Part shown: one piece after another, positions 49,761 to 62,439 of the stretch | How positions within the stretch are numbered: position 1 is the stretch's first letter | Layout: every line of letters starts with the position of its first letter | From: Eledone cirrhosa | Lineage: Eukaryota | DNA length: 64,000 nt | Assembly (NCBI GenBank): GCA_964016885.1 | Contig: OZ024743.1 | Span: forward strand, 125,736,001-125,800,000 | Reading direction: 5' to 3' | Notes under the pieces: generated by a model | The model's input: the letters and a program-made list of their open reading frames with translations, nothing else | Database searches by the model: none | Told to the model about the DNA's origin: nothing | Program-made: the position numbers and the translations under genes

Positions 49761-50856
49761 TAACGTGATAAAAAAATTGGTCCTACTGAAATAATCAAAA
49801 CCAGTGGTTATTCTAACATGTGGTTTGCCCCTGCTAGTGTAATTCTAAATTTGATTTTGTGAAATAAGTTTACATTTTGTGTATAATACTACGTGCGCTA
49901 ACAAGAAAAACAATGGCTAAAAGACTTAAAACACTGATAAAATGTTTAAAATAGCTATTGCAAATGTTTCTCAGTCAGAGAATTCAAACACTGGATCATG
50001 GCACCTGTGTCAAAGATTTGTGCACTTCAAAAATTTCCCAAATATAAGTCCTGATCAAAATGCTACAGTACAGCATGAAAAATAATGACAAAAGTGAATA
50101 TATATATTTACATTTCAAGACAAGTTAAGAAACATTTAGAAATTCTGGATATCATTTTGCATGCTATGCTCATAGACACATATAATGATAGTCATTATGA
50201 AGTATTGTCAACAACAAAACGAAGAAAATTAAAATATCTAATCTATTTCATTGGGTTCTGTCCGCATGCCCCACTCCCACACGAGCTGTTTAGAGAGCCC
50301 CAAGTATACCTTACTGTTGTATTATTTTGTACCAAATCAAAGGTTTTTATTCAATCTAAGAATAATACAGAAAGAGTCAATAAGAGAAGAAATTAGTATG
50401 GGTCAACAATACAACAAACAAGAACAGAACGAATACAACGAATAAGAATAAAAAGGAATCAAATCAAAGAGAAGAAAGTGATGCCTTTATGAGTTTTTCC
50501 TTCATCTTATTAATAGTAGATTTTTCTTCGTTTGATAGACCTTGTTTATCAATGGTGTTTCTTGCCTTTGTAAGAACGACTGAGAGGTTAGAAGAGCCCT
50601 TAATCCATTTAGCATAGTATACAAAAAGACCGATTACCCGGTTCAACTCTTTTAACGTCTTTGGGAACGGCATGTCAATAAGGGCTTTATACCTTTCAGG
50701 GTCCAGTCTTAATTTACCTTTTTCTATGACATGTCCAAGGAAATGTATTCTATTTTGATTAAAGCTGCATTTGTCTCGATTCAATTGCATACCTGCATTG
50801 TTAGCTGCATTCATGAATTGGTTATGTTCTTCGACTGTGTCTCCTCCTATAATAAT

Positions 50857-51202
50857 TGTTTCTACTTTTGGCACAAGGCTAGCAATTACTCAGTGTATTA
50901 CTGGTACTTTATTTTATCGACCCCGTTAGGATGAAAGGCAAAGTTAACCTCGGCGGGATTTGAACTCAGAATGGCAAGGGCCGTAACTCTATAATAATGT
51001 CTCCTCCTATAATAATTGTTTCTACTTTTGGCACAAGGCCAGCAAATACCCAGTGCATTACTGGTACTTTATTTTATCGACCCCGTAAGGATGAAAGGCA
51101 AAGTTAACCTCGGCGGGATTTGAACTCAGAATGGCAAGTGCCGTAACTATGCGTCAAAGCATGGCGTTCGACTCTCTACCAATACTGCCAATCCTGCCCA
51201 TC
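50857..51202 (-). mobile_element. Two tandem SINE family 1 copies inside the Gypsy RT, just after YLDD
   Basis: Copies at 50857-50988 and 51017-51202, separated and flanked by repeats of the target (CCTC)CTATAATAAT. Confidence 0.9.
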
Positions 51203-53416
51203 CCTCCTATAATAATGTCGTCAAGGTATGAGTAGGTATTTTGTAAGTTGTAACTGTCTATAAAAGTGTCCATTATTCATTGGAAAATTGGAACGGCATT
51301 TGTGCATCCAAACGGAAGACGGGTAAATTCGTATAGTCGGCCACAGGCCTCGAATGCAGTCAACTTAAAGTCGGAAGATTTGATGGGTATTTGGTGATAA
51401 GCCACCTTTAGATCTATTTTTGAGAAATACGTGTGTTTTGAAATTTTGTTGAGTAGGTCTTCGATTATGGCATTAGGGTATGAATCTAATGGTGTATAAC
51501 GATTTATAGTGCCTGAGTAGTCTATGACAAGATGTTTTTTGTTTTCTTGATCTATTACGAAGCACTGCGCTCTCCATGGGCTTCTGCTCTGTTGAATTAT
51601 TCCAGCTTTAAGCATTCTGTCGATTTCCGTTTTAATAAATTGCTGGTCTTTATTGTATTTTCGATGAGGTATAGATAATGGTTTTAATTTTGTAGTATCG
51701 ATACCAGGCATTAAATCATATTCTTCACAATTCAGAGTTTGCATTGACATACATATTGTGACTGGTCTCATGTCCCCCGCATATTTTATTGTTAAAGACT
51801 TATGCCTTTTAAGTATATCAAGACCCATAACTACTGGAGCAATGAGTTTATCAACCACCATTAGATCGATGTGGTATTCTCGGCCCTCCCATTCTAATGT
51901 TGTTTCAAACGTACCTCGTATTATGAGTTTACTGTTGTCGGCTAAAATTACACTCTTATTCTTAGTTTTCTTGAATTTACTTTGCCATTTCGACAAGAGG
52001 TTCATGTCAATGAAAGACTTGTCTGAGCCTGTGTCAAGTAAACCTTCTGTTTTATGTGAATTGACATAAATTGTTAAAAGGTTTGTATTATGATTCACGG
52101 AAGCAAATTTATAGCAGGCAGCAAGATTACTACCATCATAGGCTTCATCGGGGCCCTCGCTATTATTCAAGACTGCTGCGTGTTTTATCTTCTTTAGTAC
52201 CTTATTATTTTTAACAAAACATACTGTTGCCTAGTGGCCTTTCTTGTGGCAGAAATTGCAAGTTGAATTTTTTGCAGGGCACTCTGATTTTTGGTGATAT
52301 GAATCACCACACCAGAAACATTTTGATGAAGAAGCAACGAATACGGGTTGTGACGGCGGTTGTATTGTTGTTGTCGACAGATTTTGTGCATCTTGTATTG
52401 CCAGTTCTAATGTGAGAGCGGTTTGGAATATTTTATCTAGATTTTCATCAAGTGATTCCAGAAGTCGTTGTTTTATGGTGGCGGATTGAACACCTGACAT
52501 GAACACATCACAAATCAATAATTTTCTATGTTGTTCCCCTGTTAGGGGTTTGTGGGGCATTTCTTTGCGAGGGCTTTTAATTCAATCATGTAGGCCTCCA
52601 ATGATTGCCCTTCTTGTTGACGATGGTTGCGTAGTTTATGTCGGGTCATTATTGCCGAGCCTTTCTTTTGAAATTTATTATCAAAAATGGATAACGCCTC
52701 ATCGAATGATGTTGCTTCTTCAATGAGAGTATAAGCATTGGCTCTGCAAAGAACCAGAAGGACTGACAGCTTACTTTCGTCAGGAACAGACAAGTTTTCA
52801 AAATAGATCGCCAACATTCTCTTCCAGTAGGCATAATCGGATTCACTAGGATCATCCGGAAGAATTTTCTTGAATATTTTCGGATCCATGATTGAATAAA
52901 ATTGTTGGTAGGTGAGTTAAATTGGCGCCTTTTGGGGAGTTATTATTCTGACATTCCGATGTTGTTGAATTTCCATTGTTTTGTGGTGATGCTGCTGGTG
53001 CGAGATTTGTAGTTGAGACTGTGTCTATTCTTCCACTATTAAATTGTACCTTGGCAAAGTAGGGTGAGATCGTCTCGATGAGTTGAACGTTTTCCGTGAG
53101 ATCATCACCTTTATTCCTTATGTGACGTCGATGTAGTACGATTGTGCCCGGTTTATTTAAAAACTCTGGTATTTCTGTGCCGTTGTTTGTCGATCTGGTG
53201 AATGAAAATACTCTTTCATGTGGTGTGGCGTTTGTAGCGGTGCAAAGCAATCCTCGGATAGACGACAGTGCGATTGGAATCATGTTACTCCATTTTTATT
53301 AAGATTATTTGTCTTCAATGCCAGACTTAGCGCTTTGCATATTGTGCCGTTAACTCTTTCGCATTGGCCGTTGGCTTGGAGTCGATATGGCGTGGTGTGG
53401 CTTTTTATAATGTTAT

Positions 53417-53757
53417 GGAGGCACATGGCTTAGTGGTTAGAGCATTGGCCTTGCAATCGAAAGGTTGTGAGTTCAATTCTCAGACCGGGTGGTGTGTTGT
53501 TTCCTTGAGCAAGACACTTTATTTCACATTGCTCCAGTTTACTCAGCTGTAGAAATGAGATGATAGGGACTGAGGTCCTTATCATTCCACTGCAAAGTGG
53601 TCGTGTAGGTGCCATGGCAAAAAAGCATCCAGCACTCACTGTAAATGAGGTTGGTGTTAGGAAGGGCATCCAGCTGTAGAAATCAAGCCAGTATCAGTTC
53701 CCGTCCCACCCTTGCAAGCAGGGAAAAGCGGACGTAAAATGAAATGATGATGATGAT
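53417..53757 (+). mobile_element. tRNA-derived SINE family 2 (CCTTGAGCAAGACACTT core, RTE-type tail, (GAT)n) interrupting the integrase
   Basis: A box TGGCTTAGTGG, B box GAGTTCAATTC. Tail GGTGTTAGGAAGGGCATCCAGCTGTAGAAA is shared with the RTE 3' ends and recurs many times in the window. Confidence 0.85.
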
Positions 53758-54199
53758 TACTCCATAAGAAATCTTTGAGTTTTTGTGATTCAAATTGACG
53801 TCCCCGATCTGTATGAATTGAACTGGGTTTTCCAAATATAGAGAATATCTCCAATATAACCCAACCAAGTCTCATCTTAATGTGTATTTGCGCAATGAAT
53901 CTCGTGAATCAGTCGAGATATTTTCATTATCTTCATTTTAAATCTACTGTTAAGGATTCCCAAAATTATTAATTACGCAAATTATTCAAAAAGAATGTTT
54001 GGTTCAAATATTTAATTTCTTTATAGCAAGATAAATTATTTTGTTTATCTGAAATTGGGTGCAACCTAAAGTACAGATAATGAAATCGCTAAAATATGCA
54101 TATATACTTGTAAATTTGAGTAAGCATACGTGATGTGTAAAATACAGGGAATTATCTTGCAGTTATTTTTCAATTTGGTTATATAATGTTTGCAATAAC

Positions 54200-55535
54200 A
54201 AAAAGAAAAAGAAAGAGGGGAAAAAAATTAAATAACAAAAGTAAGGAAAAGGTTTAGGGGAAGGGAAGGGAGAAAGGCAATGTTTAAATAAAAGACGATA
54301 GGAAAAAAACTGTGTGGAAACTTAAGGAATACCAAACAGTACTAAAAAAAAAAAATGCTTGTTTAAAACAGTAAAGAAAATGTAAAGGAAGGGGTGAACA
54401 ACCGAGCCAACACCAGCGAGGGGTACTGCGCGACCTCTCTAATGACTTTTAAGGCAAGCCAGCACAATCGCAGCGTTGCCTCGGGTGATGGCGAGGCTAA
54501 TGCGCTGGAACAACCAAGCGCCCTCGCGAGATTCGCCAGTTACCTCTATTAGGCGAGTCATCATTGAAGAGAGGAACCTTGCAGTAAGCGGCCCGACTCC
54601 CCCAAACGTCTCAAAAGCCAAAGGCTGAAAAAGGTAGCTGGCCGACAGATCAGAGTATTTGAGGGTCTTACTCCACTCAACTGTGGAAGATGTGGCTCTC
54701 ATCCTAACCGCAGCATCCAGGATGTGGGAGAGAGAAAAAGAGTCACTAACAGTGACGCCCCAGACAAGGCACCTGCCTCTCGACCAGGGGCACAGGGTAA
54801 GGCCGTCACTTCTGGACAACCCAGATGGTTCCAAGACTGAGAGGTGTTCACCCGGGCCAAAGCTCTCTTGAGGATGAGGTTTAGCGGCCGGCATTCAGGC
54901 GGCAAGAAAAACCGTGGAGGCCTGTGAAGTCGAGGAGTTTGCCGTATCGGCACCTTAAACCCATGCAGACGTCAGCTCCCACTCTGAGGGCGATGGAGAC
55001 ACGAAGTTCGTCCAGGCTGAGTAGCCCACCGATGTTGGCCATGTGTAAAGCATCAACCCAGTCGCCTGTGTATTTGGCGCTGGCAGATAGTAAGCGGCAT
55101 CTTGCAAACTGATCTGACTGGACGAAGAGGGAGTCGAAGGTGGCCTTCGAACTTATGCTGTCCCAAGTTCTCTGACTTCGACTGTCCTCCACCTTCTAAG
55201 GAAGAGACAAGCCCAACTCACTCCATTGGTGGAGAGCTTCACCCAACTCCCTGTTGTAACTAGTCCATGCTGGAGAGGAGAGGATGCTGCTCACCAGGGT
55301 GGAGCAAGCATAGGTGGAGGAAAGGAAGCAGGGGAGAGAGGGGGTCGAACACTTACGAAGACTAAGACCCCCCAACTGATCGCAGGACTCTGTAGAGAGT
55401 CTAACATAGACCAGGCACTCGAGTCTCTCGAGGATTAGGTCGTCGAAGCGTTGGAGGCAGGACGGAAATGTGAGAGGGGCTGACTCTGAGCAGATACAGA
55501 AGCTTAGGAATAGATAGGTAGTTCCTGAGTATGAA
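54200..55535 (-). mobile_element. 5'-truncated CRE-like (restriction-like endonuclease) non-LTR retrotransposon
   Basis: EP.GL.R.DG....PW.RG..L.W..T..D...KY......F.PLAFETFGG.G...FQRISLAITRGNA C-terminal RLE signature; degraded thumb/zinc-knuckle region upstream. 3' boundary approximate. Confidence 0.8.
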
Positions 55536-55537
55536 GA

Positions 55538-55830
55538 AGCCTGTGGCGTTCGAGACGTTTGGGGGAGTTGGGTCCCTGACAACAAAGTTTTTGTCATCGT
55601 TAGCGGCTCAGTATCAGGTGATGCCCGCGGGGGTGCTTAGTTGTTCCAGCGCCTTAGCCTCGTTATTAAACGCGATAACGCTGCCAGTGTGTTGGCTAGC
55701 CCCACAATGTAATAGTGGGAGTCTCCGGCACCCCTTGTGGTGTGTGACCGTTTGACACGCTTGGTGTTGACTTACTATTTTCTTTCGTTTTGATTCTATA
55801 TTTTCATGTGAAATATTTTTGTAATTAAAT
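55538..55830 (+). mobile_element. Second, diverged CRE-like 3'-end fragment in opposite orientation
   Basis: PVAFETFGGVG... and QRLSLVIKRDNAASVLA, followed by a 3' UTR similar to that of the minus-strand copy. Confidence 0.75.
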
Positions 55831-57172
55831 AGAGATATAACTCTGTGTGTGTGTATCGAATTGTGACAGCTATGGCATTTGTGTTTGTAATTTTAAGCTA
55901 TCTATATTGTCTACACATTTGTTTGGGGAAAATGTGAACTTTGCTATTATGTAATTTCGATATAATAAATGTTCAAGTAATCGACGTGAGATACGACACA
56001 ATAGAATGTGATTTAATGTGAATGAAATGTACATGTCTTATTGCAGCCTTAGGCAAGATTTTTTTTTCTAGGACTCATATTCGACTGCTGTGCCTTGGTC
56101 TGATCTATTGGAACAAGGCAGTTTGTTGGAATGGAACATATCAACACCGAAAAGAAAAAATATCACTAATAAACTAGTCGGAAAAAATGTTCACAAATAA
56201 ATCTGTTTTATTGATGACAAACAATGTTCATAAATATATCTCTCAGTTTCATTCACTAGCTGGCATTTTATATACCTAATGCGAAACATCCCTTGTAATA
56301 AATATCAAGAGTTTGGTATTATGGTTAGCCCCACAAGTCTAAAAATCATTCGAAAACCCTGCAACGTGACATTTTTCGATTGTTCATTTTGTAATTTATG
56401 AGAAAATGAAACTGTTCCTCCTCCTGGTCAATATGATAAATTATTATGTTGTCTATTTCATATCTTATCTCAGAACAGCTGGCAAATACACACTGTTTAG
56501 GACAAATATACATAACATTTTACGCCTTTTTTAATTAAAAAGATGTTTTCATAAATTAAATGTGTTTAGTTATACTGAAAGTGAGAATAATGTAAATCCG
56601 GATTTTATAATTATCGTGCAACAAATTGTAATTTCTAGTAAAGTATACCAATAACCACTCTTTGAGAATAGAAATTTTTTCTACTAATGTAATAATGTGT
56701 TGACAGAAAGTGTAAACTAATGTCATAAATTTAACAAATCTATAATTAATAATAACGACTAACAAAACCAATCAATAAATTTAAATGGATTTAGTGAAAA
56801 TCTCAGTCAAGCTATAAAATATACTTCATAATTCGAATGACAACTAAATGGATTATAACAATTAATGAAAATAAATATCTTTCATCTTTATTAAAGAATA
56901 ATGACAGTTGATAATGAATTAATTATTCTAAATCTAAAAAATACATTCTGAATATCTTTATTTTCCAAGAAAGCGTTTGACCTTTGCAAAGACATTAAAG
57001 GTTGATATAAAAATAACGTACTTACAAACCTGATAGATTCGAATATATCATATAGAAAGTTGCTTTAGTATGTTGCCGGTTAAGTAATGCAGATTTGAGG
57101 TTGCATAAATAGAGTAAAAGGTTGTTCTAAAAATAAGAGATTTGCTTAAAAGAAAACTATAAATGCACTCAC

Positions 57173-57201
57173 CCGAAATGGCCTCGCAACAAATGCATCA
57201 T
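57173..57201 (-). CDS. OPA1: OPA1 first coding exon (MMHLLRGHF-G), start of mitochondrial targeting peptide
   Basis: ATG ATG CAT TTG TTG CGA GGC CAT TTC GG|gtgagt. The phase-2 donor fits the phase-2 acceptor at 42209. Size and phase resemble the short vertebrate OPA1 exon 1. Confidence 0.75.
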
Positions 57202-59000
57202 TGTAAATATCGCACTAAATCATGGATAGCAGTTGAAAAGTCAAGAAAAGCAACTATTGATCAAAATGTAATAAGTTTAGAATGAAAGCAATGTTATAGG
57301 GGACATAGCAGTCGAGCAGAAGGATAAAAGCAGACGTCCCTTTCCAGAAAACACTTTATTCGATACTTCTCATGGCCGAAACACCCGAACGGCATTCATA
57401 CAGAGCTATGCATGTTACTGTCGCACATGATGTAACTAAATGAAAGCTTACCTTCATCAGCTATACCATAGTTCAATATCTATTTCTAAAACAACTTATG
57501 TGTGTATTTCATGTTTTAATAAGGTTTTAATAAATAAAATAATATGTTCTTCCTTTTATCGGCATAACTGAGATCCTTCAAATCCATTATAGGACTCTGG
57601 AATAGATTGGAATAATATAATCTAAATTTTGTCGCAGAAGAAAAGTATTTATTTTCCTCCCATTATTTAAATCATTATTTCAGTGCTCAAATATATATTT
57701 AAAAAATACAATTGAAAGACCGCACACTTGTAAGAAAAAGTATATGCGGCTAAGAATAATGTCATTAGTCCATGCTGGTTATCAGCACGAAACTAAGGAT
57801 ACAACCAGAACAATAATAGAGAAGTAATTGAGGAAATTTTCTAACTTATCTTTATTTTCATGGATATTTTATTCTTACCTACTAAAATAATGGCAATGTA
57901 CGTTACATTAAAATTGTATCATTATTTATATATACTACAAATCTATTATACTCGGTGTATAACTTGCCGCTCACTACCAGGGTAAAACTTGGGGAAAAGA
58001 CTGTTTAAAAATTATATTTATTTTGATTTATAATTTGGGATACGTCTATTGTTGTCATTTATATAAATTTATCTATAGATTTAAGGCAGCCTGTGTGATC
58101 CATTTGTAATATTCGTTTAAAACAATCCTACCGACTACACGATGTTCTAGGCCGGTAGAGTACCGAACTGAGTTAAATTATACTATTTTATTTCTTCGTC
58201 TTTTCAACAAAACGACGAGGTCTGCAAAAATTGTGTTGTGGAGGGTCTGTGAGCTAAATTCAAAACTTCAAGTACTTTGATAAAAACATAATATGCACAC
58301 GCTATTTCGGATCAATTTTTCGCTATGTATAAACATCTTTCTCTTTCGATTGTTGTCACCATATAATAATCCGAGAGGAGAGAAATAGTTGTAGTGGAAG
58401 ACGTGCTTTTAAAAACTTTGGGTCCGTTGGTAACTTGATTTGAATAAAAAGGTTGGGAACCATTGTTCTAAGGTGTCAAATAAAAATCTTGCTTCGATCA
58501 TGTTGGGTTTTAATCTATCGTCGAGAAATTAAGTATCGGTAATACACCTCTCATTACGTCCTCTTCTTACAATATTGGTAACGTTCCTAGAAGAAGAAAA
58601 AACAGTCTGTATTTCTTTGATTTTTAACTTTCCAGCTAAATTAAAAATTAAAAAAACGTCACTTTATAATGCAATGTGCTTTAAACCAAAGGAAAATAAA
58701 TTTGATTTCGTTGAAACTAATGAAAGTTTGTGTTGACAAAAGACAGTTAATAATATTCGTAAAATAAGATAATGTAATTATAGGAGGTGGATCTTGGTGT
58801 TATCGGCCGGGTCCTTCTTTGAAATTTGTTTAGGAAGAATGTAAATGTTTTTGTTTTTGCAGTTTAGTCAGGGAGGGAAGGGCAGTGCCAATGATTGTGA
58901 AATTTTTCAAGGCCTCCGAGACTGGTTGGGGGGAGAAAGTTATCCTCAAAGCGGAGACGTGACCCGAATGCTTGCAACCGTGTGGACTCTTCTAAAAACA
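57202..59000. promoter_or_regulatory. Probable divergent promoter region between OPA1 and GTF2H2
   Basis: Lies between two head-to-head genes. Repeat-poor, with visibly more CpG than the OPA1 introns. TSSs not located. Confidence 0.5.
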
Positions 59001-60748
59001 CCTCAAAACCAGGCGAGTGTCATCGCTTCTGACATACTTTTCGTTGTTTTGTTGAAGAAATGTCTCTCCCGAAAACTTTACCAAATGGATTAGAAATAGC
59101 AGTGTATCATTGGAAGATAGATTTTCTAACGTGTTTTAAAAACGGAATTGAAATAACATGCATTTTGTTTAGCCCCAAGTCAACAATGATTGAACCGATC
59201 CATGATCAAAGCGTTTCAATCATGATCATCCCGTTTTTTCCACACGTAATGTATTTAAGACTTCATTATCCAATGTGTGTGGAAGCAGTCATGACTGGTG
59301 TGTTAAGAGGTTTGCTTCCTAACATGAAGTTTTCACTGTGTGGTATCATATCTTGGACAAGTGTTTTTATCATACATAACCTCATGTTGACTTAAGCTTT
59401 GTGGGTTGACGGAAACTTTGTAGAAACCTGTCAGCTGAATTTTGCCTGTAATTGAACGTTCCAATCTTGTCACATTGCCGTGCTGATTCAGCTTTGGGAA
59501 TTACGTTAAAGGAACGCATGTCAGCAGAGTACTCAACCACTTACACGTTAATTCACGAGTTATTCATTTAGTTGATTGAACAACTCATCGAAAAAACTAC
59601 CAGAGGATCCATTATCCAATGGGCTCTTCATTAAGCCTACATGTGTGGTTTAACTTTTAACATCTTGCAATGATCTAGCAGAAAATATCTACAAACGGGT
59701 TCCTTAATTCAAATGTTTACAGTATCTGTAGTAGTGGACATGTCATTGTAAAATGTGCAGTGTTAGAGTAAAGACTTCAATTTTTAATGTAAATCAATCA
59801 TTATGTTTTGTACTTTTTTAAAATTTCTGGCTAATGCAGTTCAGAACGTTAAGAATTAAGAGATATTTGGCTGCTATTTCTCTGAGGTAGAGCAACTCAT
59901 TCTAATTCTAAACTATACTGAACTAAGTAATGTTGATTTCTAATTTAGGCACAAAGCCAGAGAATTTGGGTGAGATGGAAAAGTTGATTAAAATCAACCC
60001 CAATTCAAATGTTTACAGTACTAGTGGACAGATCATTGTAAAAGTTTCAGTATTGGAGAAAAGACTTCAATTTTTAATGTACTGGTACTTTATTTTGTCA
60101 GCCCCAGAAGGATGAAAGGCAAAGTTGACCTTGGCTAGATTTGAATGTGAAGAGCCAGAGAAAATACTCTGCTGGCATTTATCTTATGCTCTACCGATTC
60201 TGCTAATCCACTACCCTTTTGAACTAAGTAATATTGGAATGGGGTATCAGTGGCTTTGATGCTGGTAAACATCTACTTCATTCTAGTACTTATTCAAAAT
60301 TTGTGAATTTACGGAACCATTTAAATAGAACTATCAATTTAATTCTTAACCCTTTTGAAAGAAAACCACCACTGCTTCTAAATAGTAAGTTGCTTATTTT
60401 AAAGTATTTATATTTATCTATCTAAAAACCATACATTTTAATTTTATGTTAGAAACTAGCAAACTGGTTAAAATTTAGGCAGCTTACCACTGGTTGAAAC
60501 ACTTAGCTTGTATTATATATATCATCATTTTATGTTCGCTTTCCATGTTGACATAGGTCGAACAAGTCATTACAGTCTAAGACTAGATGGGTCGGAGGAT
60601 CATGTCCTGCTTATGTTCCATTTTTGGAATGACTTTTACAGCACTAAAGGTTGTTATGTCCTCATTCAGACTAAAGGGTCTCTTCTCAAACCTTCATTAC
60701 CTCTGTTCAATTGCCAACTACTTTACAGAATTTACTGGGTGCATTTAA

Positions 60749-60820
60749 CCCTTTAGCATTTACATTACTCTAAGAGGTGGGAGAATTCTGGCCAGATACG
60801 GCCGGTTTAAATACTAAGGG
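60749..60820. mobile_element. 72-bp deletion derivative of the same MITE, opposite orientation
   Basis: TTAA|CCCTTTAGCATTTA...TAAATACTAAGGG|TTAA; internal sequence is the reverse complement of the ends of the 43884 copy. Confidence 0.75.
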
Positions 60821-60922
60821 TTAAATGTGTTTGATGTTTGTATAGTTATTGTCTGTTTTTTATTTACATCTATTTTTCTATTTCCAATAGTTTCTGCAGG
60901 CAGTAGGTGAATATTACACAAC

Positions 60923-60978
60923 ATGGCAGACGAAGATGACAATCTTTACCGTTGGGAAACAGCATACGAGCGCACATG
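60923..60978 (+). CDS. GTF2H2: GTF2H2 (TFIIH p44/Ssl1) first coding exon MADEDDNLYRWETAYERTW
   Basis: RWE..YERTW is the conserved p44 N-terminal motif. 56 nt ending TG|gtcagt. Preceded by a polypyrimidine tract and acceptor AGs (60889-60906), implying an upstream non-coding exon. Confidence 0.88.
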
Positions 60979-62439
60979 GTCAGTACTGAATTTTCTTTTT
61001 ATCCCATTTTTTTAAATTGAGTTCCAAATTCAGAGGCTCATCAGGCTTGAGTTTAGCCCAGTTTCATTGTCATTAAGTAACTAGGAGTAAACGAATTCAC
61101 CCCTGGATGAGATATTAGTCCATTGCAAAATCAACATCCAGCTGCTTCTGTTGGTACTCATTTTTTCAGCTTGGTGGAATAGAGCAACATGAAATCAAGT
61201 GTCTTGCTCAAGGACAAAACATGTCACCTGGTCTGGGTATCGAACCCATGACCTTACAATCAAGGGCCCAATGCCCTAACCACTAGATTGCATGCCTTCA
61301 CATTAATAAGGATTCATTCTGAATTTAGGAACCAGATCTTGTGAAAGATGCTCTCCAAGGCACAAGTCCTGGAAAAAAGTTTTGTGGAAGACCATCAGTT
61401 TCCTAAGCATGCTGATTTCTTCTCTCCTCACCACCAATGTTTTCCGAGGGAAAGGTAAAGGCCAATACTGTTTGGCACTGGTATCGTTGCAACTGATTTT
61501 TACCAATTGAGTGGACTGAAATAAAGTGTCTTGCTCAAGGATACAAAGCATTGCTCAGTCCTAAAATCAAACTCATGACCACACACAATGGTCACAAGCC
61601 TAAAACTCTAACTATGAGGCCATGCAGGCTAAAACGAGATAAAGAGAAGAAAGCTAACTAGGGAAAATGAAGTTATACTAACCAAATGATACAAATGCGA
61701 TGGCCATCGTTCATATGACAATGCAATGTTTATATTGCTGGAGTTGTGGAGTATAAAATGGTAAATATACCTTTCAACAATGACAGTACCAGCTGTTTGA
61801 TTAAACAGCATACTGAGGAAATTAACATGTTAGTGGCTGAGCATTCCTCAGACACATGGACCCTTAATGAGATTTAATGTGATACAGTGTGTGACAAGGC
61901 TAACTCTTTGAATTACCTGATTTCATCACAAGGATTAGGTGACCCGAGGTTATGGTTAATGACAAATGCCCAAGTTGGCCTCAGAAAGCTTGAACCTGGA
62001 ACCTTATGATTGCAAAGTAAACCTGTACCAGGTGCCTTCATTGTAGCACTGACACTACCACTTTCCAGAATGTATTGGGTGCATTTTTTCATGCACTACC
62101 ATTTTATAGAGTATACTGGGTGCATTTTTTTCATGGCATCAGTACCATAACTTTACTCTATATATGTTTTATTTCAATAAAAGTGCCAATAGTAGGCATC
62201 AGATGGGAGATAAGGAATGAAACAATTCAGAACATTAAGACAAAAAGTGATGACTTGACAGAATCATTTAAGCATCAGTTTAAATGCCTTGAGGCATTTG
62301 TTCTAACTATCTGCACTCTGTGTTTATATCCTGCTACAGTCAACTTAGCTTTTCATCATTTTGAAGTTGATAAAATATGATGAAATAAACATGAATACAG
62401 GATCATCAGCTGATATTTGAATATATTTCTTACTTTAGA

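Larger units (their letters stand above)
50315..53858 (-). mobile_element. Decayed Ty3/Gypsy (Mag-like) retrotransposon; order integrase - gag - protease - RT; RNase H absent
   Basis: IN: IFGKPSSIHTDRG.QF (53760-53858), then TTPY...NGQCER.NGT...TNATPHER (52852-53412). gag from ATG 52889 with twin knuckles CFWCGDSYHQKSEC / CNFCHKKGH. PR: LLDTGS. RT: SPWRAQ, IDY, KIDLKVAYHQ, LPFGCTNA, YLDD at 51217-51228, FLGH. Has stops, frameshifts and SINE insertions. Confidence 0.9.

Noticed and set aside
50206-50314. TGTCAACAACAA as a Ginger-type terminal inverted repeat bounding the integrase-first element
   Set aside because: No matching inverted copy found beyond the integrase, which is truncated near 53858.
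57372-57443. Short plus-strand ORF MAETPERHSYR...
   Set aside because: Only 23 codons, no recognisable homology or splice support.
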